Assembly (NCBI GenBank): GCA_036985955.1
Contig: BTQQ01000001.1
Span: 1-54,361, forward strand
Length of the DNA: 54,361 nt
From: Zetaproteobacteria bacterium
Lineage (GTDB): Bacteria; Pseudomonadota; Zetaproteobacteria; Mariprofundales; Mariprofundaceae
Direction of reading: 5' to 3'
Each line of letters starts with the position of its first letter. Within the stretch, counting starts at the first letter, position 1. Shown here one piece after another: positions 43,193 through 52,498 of this stretch. The notes beneath the pieces are model-generated. The model had not been told where the DNA came from, did not search any database, and worked only from the letters and a program-made list of their open reading frames with translations. A program made the translations under genes and the position numbers.

Positions 43193-44289
43193 TATGGCGA
43201 GTGGCGCTGATCATGTTCATTTCGTTGATCTCTGCATGTGGAAGTGAAAAAACGGATATTCCGGCAACGATAAGAACCGTCAATATTACGACTCGGACGG
43301 CAGAGCTTCGGGATGTGCAAATCATGGAATCCGCTGTCGGCAGGATACTGAATCCACGTTCGGTCACCGTATCGGCTGAAGTGCCGGCGAAGGTCGCGTG
43401 GATTGGCGTGGATGTTGGTAGCCCCGTTAATAAAAACGATGTGCTGGTACGTCTGGTCAGCAACGATTTCAAGGAGCAGGCAACAGCCGCCAAGGCAAAA
43501 ATCGCCAGTCTGGAGGCCAGAATACCAGCCCAGAGACGTCTGGTGCAGCGATACCGGAAACTTGCTGCCGACCAGTTTGTTTCACCTACCATGCTGGATC
43601 AATCGGAAGCGGAACTGGCCACGCTCATACAATCAAAACGTGCCTCTGTGGCCGAATATGCACGAGCCCGGCTGAATGTAGCGCACACCGTCGTAAGGGC
43701 ACCCATATCCGGGCAGGTGCAACAGCGCTTCATTGCCGCAGGTGATTATGTAAAAGTCGGGATGCGACTGGTTGATATTGTGGCTGGTGGCCGACTCACC
43801 ATCAGCCTTCCATTTCCGGAAACCAAAGCAGGCGTGATACGTGTGGGACAAAATGTTCGCCTGATCCTGCCATCGGGCGGGCAGGTTCTGCACGCACTCA
43901 TCCGTGATCTGTCCCCCATGATTGGCCAGAGTTCCGGTGCGTTCGAGGCACGGCTCGAAGTAACAAATCCCGGTGGCTGGCGGCCTGGTGGCAGCGTGTT
44001 CGCTGACGTTCAGGTTGCGGAGCACAAGCAGGCTGTCGTGGTTCCCGATGCCAGTGTGGTTCTGCGGCCGAGGGGTGAGGTGGTGTATGTCATTAGCAAT
44101 GGAAAAGCCTCTGAACGGCCCGTACGAAGTGGCGTACATACAGATGGCGGCGTGGAAATTGTTCGCGGGCTTAAAGCGGGTGAAACCGTTGCTGTGGATG
44201 GTGCTTCATTCCTGAGCAGCGGCGCAGCCGTTCATGTCATCCATGCCGGAAACAGATCTTCGGAAAAAGAAGATAAAGTAAGCGAATAA
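43189..44289 (+). CDS. RND efflux periplasmic adaptor (membrane fusion) lipoprotein
   Basis: Lipobox LISAC and coiled-coil/lipoyl/beta-barrel segments. ATGA overlap with the TetR stop. Confidence 0.88.
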   Translation: MIWRVALIMFISLISACGSEKTDIPATIRTVNITTRTAELRDVQIMESAVGRILNPRSVTVSAEVPAKVAWIGVDVGSPVNKNDVLVRLVSNDFKEQATAAKAKIASLEARIPAQRRLVQRYRKLAADQFVSPTMLDQSEAELATLIQSKRASVAEYARARLNVAHTVVRAPISGQVQQRFIAAGDYVKVGMRLVDIVAGGRLTISLPFPETKAGVIRVGQNVRLILPSGGQVLHALIRDLSPMIGQSSGAFEARLEVTNPGGWRPGGSVFADVQVAEHKQAVVVPDASVVLRPRGEVVYVISNGKASERPVRSGVHTDGGVEIVRGLKAGETVAVDGASFLSSGAAVHVIHAGNRSSEKEDKVSE

Positions 44290-47200
44290 TGACACTGCCT
44301 GAACTGTCCATCAAACGTCATGTACTGGCCTGGATGCTGTCCGGCGTACTGATGCTGTTTGGTATCATAGCGTATAACCGAATCGGGGTGGATCGGTTCC
44401 CTGATATTGATTTTCCGATGGTGTCCGTTACCACGGTGCTGGAAGGCGCGCAGCCGGATGTGGTGGATGCTTCAATTACGTCCTTTATCGAGGAAAAGGT
44501 CAACAGCGTCCCCGGCATTGAGCACGTCATTTCCCAATCCTCTCCGGGCGTATCTATCGTCAATGTGCAGTTTGATCTGAAAAAGGATATAGATGTCGCC
44601 TTCAACGAGGTGCAGGCCAAGGTGAATCAGGTATTGCGCAAGCTGCCCGATGGCGTTGATCCACCGGTGGTCGCCAAAGTCGAAGTGGGTGCCGCACCCA
44701 TCATGTGGCTGGTCCTGACCGGCAACCGTACCTTGCAGCAGCTTAATCAATATGCACGCAATGTGATTAAAAAGCGTTTGGAAAACATTGATGGTGTAGG
44801 CGAGATTCGTATTGGCGGTGAGCGGGAGCGAACCATTCGGATATGGCTCAACCTGGAACGCATGCATGCATTGAATGTAACCGTACCTGATGTGATTCGC
44901 TCCTTTCGCAGCGAACATGTCCAGTTTCCGGGAGGTTTTCTGGTTGGCGGCAGGCGTGAATATCTGATCAGGCTGGATATGGAATTCCATCATATCCGCA
45001 AATTGCGCACTATGGTGATGGCCGCCCATCCGGGTGGCCGGGTCCAGTTGGGCGATATAGCCAGGATCGAGGATGGGCTGGCTGATAACCGCCAATTCTC
45101 ACGATACAACGGTCAACCCAGTGTCGGTCTGGGTATCGTACGAATCACGGGCGCTAACACCGTGGCTATTGCCAGTGAGGTCAAACGCCGTCTTAAGCAG
45201 GAGATTCTTCCTGCACTTCCGCCCGGCATACATCTTGATATTGCGACCAATGATGCTGAAATTGTTGAAGGCATTGTCGATGGTCTGAAAGAACATCTGT
45301 ACGAATCGGTATTCCTGGCGGCATTGATCGTATTTATTTTTCTCAAGAATCTGCGGGCTACGGCGATTATTTCGCTTGCCATCCCCGTATCACTGCTGGC
45401 GGCGATTGCGGCGGCTTTTTTCCTTCACTACACATTAAATTTAATGACCTTACTGGCGCTCTTGTTGCTGATTGGCGTAGTGGTGGATGATGCCATCGTG
45501 GTGTTGGAAAATATTTATCGGCATCGGGAAACGGGATTGGAGCCGGATGCGCGCGAAGCTGCGATCAAAGGAAGCCGTCAGGTGGCCTTTGCCGTTATAG
45601 CGGCCAGTCTTACCCTGGTTGCAATTTTTGCCCCGGTCATTTTTCTGGGTGGTCTGGTCGGACGTTTTTTTCAGGCCTTTGCCGTAGTAGTTGTTTTTGG
45701 TGTTTTGACGTCCATGCTGGTTGCCCTGACATTAACCCCCATGCTTTGCTCGCGTCATCTTAACGTCGAAAAAAAGCATGGGCGTATTTATGGTTTCTTT
45801 GATGCTGCATTCCTTGCTCTGGACCGGTTTTACAGGCACGTACTGGCTTGGGTGCTGGCATATCGCTGGAGCGTATTGGCGCTGGCAGCACTCATCTTTA
45901 TTGCCAGCACCTATCTGTTCTCAATCGTGGGGAAGGGGTTTGTTCCGCAAGAGGACGAAAATCGCTTCATGGTAATCTTTAAGTCGCCGTTGGGCGCTTC
46001 CATTGAAGATACCCGTCATAAGGTACAGGCAATGGAAGTTGTTTTGCGTAGCACGCCGCATGTGGTCAATGTCTTCACTACGGTGGGTTTGGGTACGGCA
46101 GGGCAAGTGAATCAAGGCATTGCCTTCGTGCATTTGACGCCCAAGGCCACACGCACCATTCGCCAATGGGACATCATTGCCGCTGTGCAAAAGAAATTAC
46201 TCAAAATACCGGGTTTGCGCGCCTTTGTTGTTCGTGTGCCGATTATCGGCGGGCAGCGTGGAGAACCGTTGCAGTTTGGTCTCACAGGGCCGAATCTGGA
46301 TAAAACCGCACAACTGTCCTATGCATTGCTGAAGCGATTGCAAGAAACGCCCGGCATCGGTCATGCAGATCTGGATTTGCAACTGAATCTGCCGGAATTA
46401 ACGTTACAGGTGGATCGTATCCGGGCGCGTGACCTGGGGATCACGGCGCAAGATGCAGCGCTGGCCGTGAATGTGCTGGCAGGTGGTTTGAATGTAGCGA
46501 AATACAATGATATTCCGGGCGATGGTAATCGCTACGATATTCGCCTGAAGGCCAACCCTGACGCATTAAGGCACCCTGAGGATTTGAGTAAAATATATGT
46601 GCGTTCCGTTAGCGGCGAACTGATTCGTCTGGATACGGTTGCCCGTTGGGAAAAGCATCTCGGTCCCGCAGTGATTCCAAAAATGGATTTGCGTTATGCC
46701 GGTATGTTTTACAGCAGGCCAACCATGCCGCTCGGCAATGCAGTGGAAATTGTTCGCCAAGAGGCGAAGGAAATCCTGCCTCCCGGCTACGGAATTACAT
46801 TTTTGGGCCAAGCCTCTGAATTTGGCAAAACGCTGAAGAATATCGTGTTTGCCTTCAGCATGGCTATGATTCTTGTTTATATGGTGCTGGCCAGCCAGTT
46901 CAATTCGTTTTTGCAGCCATGGGTGTTGATGCTGGCGCAACCGCTGGCCGTAATAGGTGGTGTAGCGGCTTTGTGGATAAGCGGAAATACTCTGAACATC
47001 TTTTCCATGATCGGACTGGTTTTGCTGGTGGGGCTGGTGGCCAAGAATTCTATTTTGCTGGTCGATTTTACCAATCAGTTGCGCGCCAAAGGCGCAAGTA
47101 TTGACGAAGCGCTCGAACAGGCATGCCCGATCCGGATGCGTCCGGTGCTCATGACATCGCTGACGATTATTTTTGCACTGCTTCCCGCAGCTCTTGGCCT

Positions 47201-47357
47201 TGGCAGGGGTAGTGAGATGACCATTCCCATGGCAGTGGCCGTGGTGGGCGGTATGATTTCTTCCACTTTGTTGACTCTGGTGGTTGTACCCGCAGCTTAC
47301 TCCCTGCTCGAACACGGCATCACCCATTTCAGGCAATGGCGCGGGCGAACCGTATGA
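44289..47357 (+). CDS. RND efflux permease (AcrB/HAE family)
   Basis: 1022 aa with a 12-TM architecture, two large periplasmic loops and the conserved VVDDAIVVLENI motif. Confidence 0.95.
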   Translation: MTLPELSIKRHVLAWMLSGVLMLFGIIAYNRIGVDRFPDIDFPMVSVTTVLEGAQPDVVDASITSFIEEKVNSVPGIEHVISQSSPGVSIVNVQFDLKKDIDVAFNEVQAKVNQVLRKLPDGVDPPVVAKVEVGAAPIMWLVLTGNRTLQQLNQYARNVIKKRLENIDGVGEIRIGGERERTIRIWLNLERMHALNVTVPDVIRSFRSEHVQFPGGFLVGGRREYLIRLDMEFHHIRKLRTMVMAAHPGGRVQLGDIARIEDGLADNRQFSRYNGQPSVGLGIVRITGANTVAIASEVKRRLKQEILPALPPGIHLDIATNDAEIVEGIVDGLKEHLYESVFLAALIVFIFLKNLRATAIISLAIPVSLLAAIAAAFFLHYTLNLMTLLALLLLIGVVVDDAIVVLENIYRHRETGLEPDAREAAIKGSRQVAFAVIAASLTLVAIFAPVIFLGGLVGRFFQAFAVVVVFGVLTSMLVALTLTPMLCSRHLNVEKKHGRIYGFFDAAFLALDRFYRHVLAWVLAYRWSVLALAALIFIASTYLFSIVGKGFVPQEDENRFMVIFKSPLGASIEDTRHKVQAMEVVLRSTPHVVNVFTTVGLGTAGQVNQGIAFVHLTPKATRTIRQWDIIAAVQKKLLKIPGLRAFVVRVPIIGGQRGEPLQFGLTGPNLDKTAQLSYALLKRLQETPGIGHADLDLQLNLPELTLQVDRIRARDLGITAQDAALAVNVLAGGLNVAKYNDIPGDGNRYDIRLKANPDALRHPEDLSKIYVRSVSGELIRLDTVARWEKHLGPAVIPKMDLRYAGMFYSRPTMPLGNAVEIVRQEAKEILPPGYGITFLGQASEFGKTLKNIVFAFSMAMILVYMVLASQFNSFLQPWVLMLAQPLAVIGGVAALWISGNTLNIFSMIGLVLLVGLVAKNSILLVDFTNQLRAKGASIDEALEQACPIRMRPVLMTSLTIIFALLPAALGLGRGSEMTIPMAVAVVGGMISSTLLTLVVVPAAYSLLEHGITHFRQWRGRTV

Positions 47358-48724
47358 GATATGTGCTGATGATGGGCACCGCCTTGTTTTCCTGCATGGC
47401 CATTGCCGAGGCCGGAACCATGCTGAACCTGGATGCGGCGGCGCGCATGGCCCTGGAGCGCGCCCCCGCCTTCGCGGCGGCGCTGGCGGCCAGGGATGCC
47501 TCACTGGAAGATAAAAACCTGGGACTTGCGGGTCTGCTGCCCTTCATCAAGGGTACGGGTGAATTCAGCCATTTCAAGCAGAAGTATTCCTATACCCAGC
47601 CCAAGAGTTTCCTGGCCTCAAACGTGGTGTACAACCGCTTCCAGTTCGGTGCGACGCTTGTACAGCCTTTATACCGCCTGGACCGGTGGGCCGGGTTCGC
47701 GAAAGGCAAACTGGCCGCGGAAATCGGCGAACTCAAACTCTCGCTGGCGCGGCAGGCTTTGTTGATGGATGTGGCCCGGGCTTATACCGACGTGCTTGTC
47801 ACTCTTGAGGATGTGGCCGCGGCCAGGATCCAGGAAAAAGCCGTGTCAACGTTGCGCGTGCAGGCCGCGACCGCCTTTCAGGCGGGTACGGCCACGGTTA
47901 ATGACGCCCTGGAGGCCGACAGCAGGATCGATCTGGTCCGTGCCGACCGGATTCAGTCGGAAAACAATCTGGCTACGGCACGGGCTCGTTTCGAGTCCCT
48001 GGTTGGCAACGCTCATGTTGAACCGGTTCCCTTCGCCCGTCATCTGCATGCGGGTAGGCCCAGACCGGACGACGGCGGGCACTGGCGGGAGGCAGGCATG
48101 CATCATGCCCTGTCCGTGTTGATTTCCGAAAAAAAGCGGGCGGTTGCAAAACAGGAGGTGACACGATCTCTCGGTGTGGCATTGCCGGGGATCGATGCGG
48201 TGGCAAGCCTGGGGAGAGAAAAAGAGACCAACAGCCTGTTTGCTACCGGCTACACAATAAGAACCGAGCAACTGGGTATTCAGATGGAGGTTCCGCTGTA
48301 CGCAGGCGGTGGTACCCGAGCCCAATTGCGCAAGGCCAGAAAGTTGCAGGTGGAGGCGGATTATGAACTGGGAGATACGCGCCGAAAAGCTGGCCTGGTG
48401 GCCAACAATGCATACCTCAGCGTGAAATCCGCGGCGGCGCGTATGCGCGCCTTCGAGCACGGAGTTGTTTCGGCGGAAATGGCCAGACGGGCGGCGCAGG
48501 CGGGATATGAAGTCGGATTGCGTACCATTGTTGAACGCCTGGATGCGGAAGACCGCCTTGCCAGCGCGCGCCGTGATCTGGTCCGGGCCAAGGCAGAATA
48601 TTTACTTGCCAGACTGCAATTGCCTGCCGCCGTAGGCAGGCTGAACCTGACGGAGATTGAGAAAGTAAACAGTATACTGCTGCGGGCGGGAGAGCGTGGG
48701 GATGAAAAAAATGGGGGCGGTTAA
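47354..48724 (+). CDS. TolC-family outer-membrane efflux protein
   Basis: Signal peptide plus a repeated alpha-helical/beta-barrel TolC pattern. ATGA overlap with the RND stop. Confidence 0.88.
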   Translation: MRYVLMMGTALFSCMAIAEAGTMLNLDAAARMALERAPAFAAALAARDASLEDKNLGLAGLLPFIKGTGEFSHFKQKYSYTQPKSFLASNVVYNRFQFGATLVQPLYRLDRWAGFAKGKLAAEIGELKLSLARQALLMDVARAYTDVLVTLEDVAAARIQEKAVSTLRVQAATAFQAGTATVNDALEADSRIDLVRADRIQSENNLATARARFESLVGNAHVEPVPFARHLHAGRPRPDDGGHWREAGMHHALSVLISEKKRAVAKQEVTRSLGVALPGIDAVASLGREKETNSLFATGYTIRTEQLGIQMEVPLYAGGGTRAQLRKARKLQVEADYELGDTRRKAGLVANNAYLSVKSAAARMRAFEHGVVSAEMARRAAQAGYEVGLRTIVERLDAEDRLASARRDLVRAKAEYLLARLQLPAAVGRLNLTEIEKVNSILLRAGERGDEKNGGG

Positions 48725-48744
48725 TTTCCTTCCCACGGAAAGAG

Positions 48745-48772
48745 TGAAACGGTCTCCCGTTTTCGTTCCTTT
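48745..48772. terminator. Possible bidirectional terminator between the tolC-like gene and trxA
   Basis: GAAACGG-TCTC-CCGTTTC hairpin followed by a T-rich run on the plus strand. It sits between convergent genes. Confidence 0.45.
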
Positions 48773-48791
48773 TTCTATATGTGCGGATACT

Positions 48792-49124
48792 TCAGTCGAG
48801 ATGCTCGTTGATGAGTTCGACCAGCTTGGCTTTATTAATGGCGCCAACCTTGGTGCCCTGTACATTGCCACCGCTAAACAGCATGAGCGTAGGGATACCG
48901 CGCACCCCATATTTTCCGGGTGTATTCGGGTTATCATCAATATTTATTTTAGCGATGGTAATCCGGTCGTGCATCTCAGTTGCAACTTCATCCAGTATGG
49001 GCGCGATTTGCTTGCAGGGGCCGCACCACGGAGCCCAGAAATCAACCAGTACGGGTCCAGAGGCTTTCAATACGTCATTTTCAAAGCTGTCATCGCTGAC
49101 ATGCGTGATATGTTCAGATGCCAT
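48792..49124 (-). CDS. trxA: Thioredoxin
   Basis: 110 aa with the WCGPC active site. GGGAGG SD lies upstream. Confidence 0.95.
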   Translation of the reverse strand: MASEHITHVSDDSFENDVLKASGPVLVDFWAPWCGPCKQIAPILDEVATEMHDRITIAKINIDDNPNTPGKYGVRGIPTLMLFSGGNVQGTKVGAINKAKLVELINEHLD

Positions 49125-49149
49125 TTAACATGCCTCCCATTTCAAATCA

Positions 49150-49221
49150 AAAAACGGGAACAGTTTACTTTCTTCCCCGGCAAAGCCGAACACGGGAAAA
49201 AGTGAAACTGTTCCCGTTTTT
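49150..49221. promoter_or_regulatory. Long perfect hairpin (terminator-like) in the trxA/midA divergent region
   Basis: 17-bp perfect stem between 49150-49166 and 49205-49221 (AAAAACGGGAACAGTTT / AAACTGTTCCCGTTTTT), flanked by A and T runs. The 38-nt loop has internal pairing (TTCCC/GGGAA, CGGC/GCCG). Confidence 0.5.
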
Positions 49222-49251
49222 CGATTTGTGATGGTGCATACCGTAGCCGCA

Positions 49252-49261
49252 GGGGGGGGGG
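49252..49261. repeat. G10 homopolymer tract
   Basis: Ten consecutive G residues, counted directly. The tract ends 10 nt before the ATG at 49272. Confidence 0.95.
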
Positions 49262-49271
49262 ATCGTCAACC

Positions 49272-50423
49272 ATGTCCGATACGCTGACTAACAGTATCCG
49301 GAAACGTATCGACCGTGCAGGCGGGTGGCTGCCATTCGATGTATTTATGCGCGATGCCTTGTATGCGCCCGAATCTGGCTATTATGAATCCGCTGAAGTA
49401 TTTGGAGAACCGGGCGATTTTGTTACCGGACCGGATATTGGCCCATGGCTTGCGCTGGCATTGGCTGACCTGATTCACTGGGGTTGGCAACAAATGGGGT
49501 GTCCGGCGGACTGGAGTCTGATTGAGCAGGGAGGCGGGAGCGGGCGTCTGATGTGCGAACTCGTCCACTTACTTGATCGGTTGGGATGCCCGCTGCCTGC
49601 AAGAATTATAACGGTGGAAACCAGTGAACATATGCGCCGCCGACAACACATATTGTATCAGCGCGAAGGCATGGATGTGCACCAGGTTTCGAGCCTGACC
49701 GAACTGGACCCCTGTGAAAATGGCCTGTATTTCTGCAATGAATTGCCCGATGCTTTCCCTGTGCGATGTTTTGTCTGGCGCCAGCATCTGATGTTTGAAC
49801 GGGGTGTCGGCTGGGATGGCGAACGGTTTGCGTGGAGCGAACACTCGCTGGAAGAGCCGCCTGAGATTGGTCCAGCTTATATACAAACGTGGCCGGATGA
49901 TTATATCAGCGAATGGAATCCATATCTGGCTTCATGGCAATCGGATATTGCCGAATGCATGCAAAGGGGCTATGTCTTTTGTGTGGATTATGGGTATGCC
50001 GCGAGTGAATATTACCGTCCGGATCGCCGGGAAGGGACGCTGCTGGCTCACCTGAACCACCAGGCGTTGGAAGATGTGCTCACCGATCCCGGCAGCCGGG
50101 ATATTACAGCTCATGTTGATTTTACCGCTTTGGGTAGAGCGGGTATGGAATCAGGTCTGGATGTGGGTTGCTGGATGACTCAGGGTGCGTGGCTGGCCCA
50201 GAGCCCGTCTGTTCAGAAACATCTTCAGCAATTGGCTGTATCTGCTGATATAAAAAGCGTGAAGGCTATATCAGGGGCTAAACGCATGATGATGCCGCAG
50301 GGGATGGGAGAATTGTTCAAACTGTGCGTTCAGTCACTGAATGTTCCGGCAAAACCACCATTCTTTCTTGCCCGGTTTAATCGGGTGCAGGCACTTGGCC
50401 TGACACCCATGAACCGGTATTGA
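49272..50423 (+). CDS. MidA/NDUFAF7-family (DUF185) SAM-dependent methyltransferase
   Basis: FMRDALYAPESGYY...GDFVTGPDIGPW...EQGGGSGRL, typical of the family. Confidence 0.8.
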   Translation: MSDTLTNSIRKRIDRAGGWLPFDVFMRDALYAPESGYYESAEVFGEPGDFVTGPDIGPWLALALADLIHWGWQQMGCPADWSLIEQGGGSGRLMCELVHLLDRLGCPLPARIITVETSEHMRRRQHILYQREGMDVHQVSSLTELDPCENGLYFCNELPDAFPVRCFVWRQHLMFERGVGWDGERFAWSEHSLEEPPEIGPAYIQTWPDDYISEWNPYLASWQSDIAECMQRGYVFCVDYGYAASEYYRPDRREGTLLAHLNHQALEDVLTDPGSRDITAHVDFTALGRAGMESGLDVGCWMTQGAWLAQSPSVQKHLQQLAVSADIKSVKAISGAKRMMMPQGMGELFKLCVQSLNVPAKPPFFLARFNRVQALGLTPMNRY

Positions 50424-50517
50424 ATGTGGATGCGGCATGCGCCGCATGTCAATGCCGGATCCCGGGTGACACATACGCCTTGACATGGAGTGATACCAGT
50501 TAACAATCAAGCTTGCG

Positions 50518-52488
50518 ATGCATTGTCCATCCTGTAATGCCCAGACTCCCAAAGCGCAAGGCTTTTGCAAGCACTGCGGCACAGCCCTGTTCAGTGGAGA
50601 CGAAGCGCCTCACATAGGCCCCTACAGACTTGAAGCCAAGTTGGGGGAAGGAGGCATGGGCGTGGTCTATCGCGCCACGGATAAAAAATTAAACCGCGAG
50701 GTGGCGGTTAAGATTCTACATCCACAGATGTTGAAACAGGAAAGCCTGATGGAGCGGTTCCGTCGTGAAGCGCGCATGCACGCAAAAATTATTCATCCCA
50801 ATATCGTTACTTTATTATCGCTTTACGAAGACGAAGGACACATGGCGCTGGTCATGGAAATGGTGCATGGACAGAACCTGCGGGAATACCTGCGTCAGAA
50901 CCCCCGGCCCGCGCAGCTTGACGTGATTCGCATTACCGAAGCGGTTTGTTCGGGACTTGAAGCGGCACACAAACTGGGCGTGGTGCATCGTGACCTCAAG
51001 CCCGCCAACATTCTCCTGGCGACAGATGGCGCCATCAAACTGATGGATTTTGGCCTGGCCAAGCCCAAGCAGGGTGATGATGATTTAACCCAAAGTGGTG
51101 CGACGGTTGGATCGTTCCGATACATGGCGCCGGAGCAAATCCTCAATCAGCCGATTGACGCCCGTACGGATCTGTATGCACTTGGCATACTGATGTATCA
51201 GATGACGACTGGAAAACTTCCTTTCAATGCCTCAGCGGAAGGCGGTGGTGAGTTCGAAATTATGGAAAAACAGGTTCGTTATAATCCCGAACCTCCACAC
51301 AAGTTGAATCCTACATTGTCGCCAGCCATGTCCGATCTGATTATGGCTCTTCTTGCCAAGGATCCGAATGAAAGGCCGGCCAGTTGTGAATCAGTGCATA
51401 AAATGTTGGCGAGCGTTGCCCGGCAAGCTGAACATCCGCAGGTAAATATCAGTTATTCCAACAATTCCAGTTCCCAGAATAACGTGGAAATCGCCAAGGG
51501 TTTGCTGCATTCGTGGAGCCGACGGACACTGCGCTTGTTATGGCGGGGATGCTTGTATATCAAAGCCTGTGTGCTGGACATTCCTTTCCGATGGCTTAAA
51601 GGGAAATTGTGGCCACTTCTGGCCAAACGCATGAATCTCCCTGATCGGTTCCAGGCTCCGCTGGTGTGGGGACTGATTTTCATATTGATTGGCGGTCTGG
51701 GATGGGGGTTGACCAGCCTGATCCGGATGTCTGAGCATGCATCACCCGCTTCCGAGGTGAAACGTGAGGCTTCCAAGCCGCCCGTGCCTGCGTCAGCACA
51801 GAAAAAGACCGGTCAGGCTGCCAAAAAGGTACAAACGGCAACGCCACGGCAAGCCTCCGCTAAAGTTAAAGCTGCCCCTGTGAAAAAGAGCGTATCGCCT
51901 AATTTAAAGCACAAAGCAGTTGTTAAATCCCCTCCATCGGTGCAATCAAGTTCACTTCGGAAGAAACCAGTTCAATCAAAAAAGAAGATTCCGGTTAAAC
52001 ATAAAATATCCACCAGGTCCACGCATGTATCCAAGGCTGCCCGAACGACTGCCAAGCCGATTACCTACCGCGTATCACACCGGCTGGTACGCAGTGACGG
52101 TAGCAGAACCAGTGGCGGCAAACATGAATTCCGTGGAGGTAGTCGCGTCTATTTCAAGGGTTTGGCCGATTATATGTTTAAGGATAAGATGCGCTTATTC
52201 AAGAGCGGCTGGATTCGCTTGTACCTGAAAAAGCCGGTTAAACTTTCGAGCATTGTTATTCATCGGGCCAGTGTAGGGAAACGGACGTTCAAGGATGGAG
52301 AAATAAGGCTTGAGGTACAGGATCATAAAGGACATTGGCAGACGCTTCTGCTACGCAAGGATCGCGATATTGACAGTCCGTTGACCATTCGCAAGCCAAA
52401 GAAGGTGCTTGCCGATGTCAAAGGCGTGAAGTTCAAGTTCAAGACGTCCGAACCCATCACTATTGGTCCGATTGATCTGCTTCCCTAG
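50518..52488 (+). CDS. Membrane Ser/Thr protein kinase with N-terminal zinc ribbon, Lys-rich extracytoplasmic linker and an uncharacterised C-terminal beta-rich domain
   Basis: CPSCN...CKHCG zinc ribbon; kinase motifs GEGGMGVVY, VAVK, HRDLKPANILL, DFGLA and APE; one TM helix (LVWGLIFILIGGLGWGLTSLI). Confidence 0.9.
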   Translation: MHCPSCNAQTPKAQGFCKHCGTALFSGDEAPHIGPYRLEAKLGEGGMGVVYRATDKKLNREVAVKILHPQMLKQESLMERFRREARMHAKIIHPNIVTLLSLYEDEGHMALVMEMVHGQNLREYLRQNPRPAQLDVIRITEAVCSGLEAAHKLGVVHRDLKPANILLATDGAIKLMDFGLAKPKQGDDDLTQSGATVGSFRYMAPEQILNQPIDARTDLYALGILMYQMTTGKLPFNASAEGGGEFEIMEKQVRYNPEPPHKLNPTLSPAMSDLIMALLAKDPNERPASCESVHKMLASVARQAEHPQVNISYSNNSSSQNNVEIAKGLLHSWSRRTLRLLWRGCLYIKACVLDIPFRWLKGKLWPLLAKRMNLPDRFQAPLVWGLIFILIGGLGWGLTSLIRMSEHASPASEVKREASKPPVPASAQKKTGQAAKKVQTATPRQASAKVKAAPVKKSVSPNLKHKAVVKSPPSVQSSSLRKKPVQSKKKIPVKHKISTRSTHVSKAARTTAKPITYRVSHRLVRSDGSRTSGGKHEFRGGSRVYFKGLADYMFKDKMRLFKSGWIRLYLKKPVKLSSIVIHRASVGKRTFKDGEIRLEVQDHKGHWQTLLLRKDRDIDSPLTIRKPKKVLADVKGVKFKFKTSEPITIGPIDLLP

Positions 52489-52498
52489 CCTGGACTAA

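Noticed and set aside
46566-47504. 312-aa minus-strand ORF
   Set aside because: It is antisense to the 3' end of the RND permease and the start of the TolC-like gene. Its His/Arg/Pro/Gln-rich composition indicates a non-coding frame.
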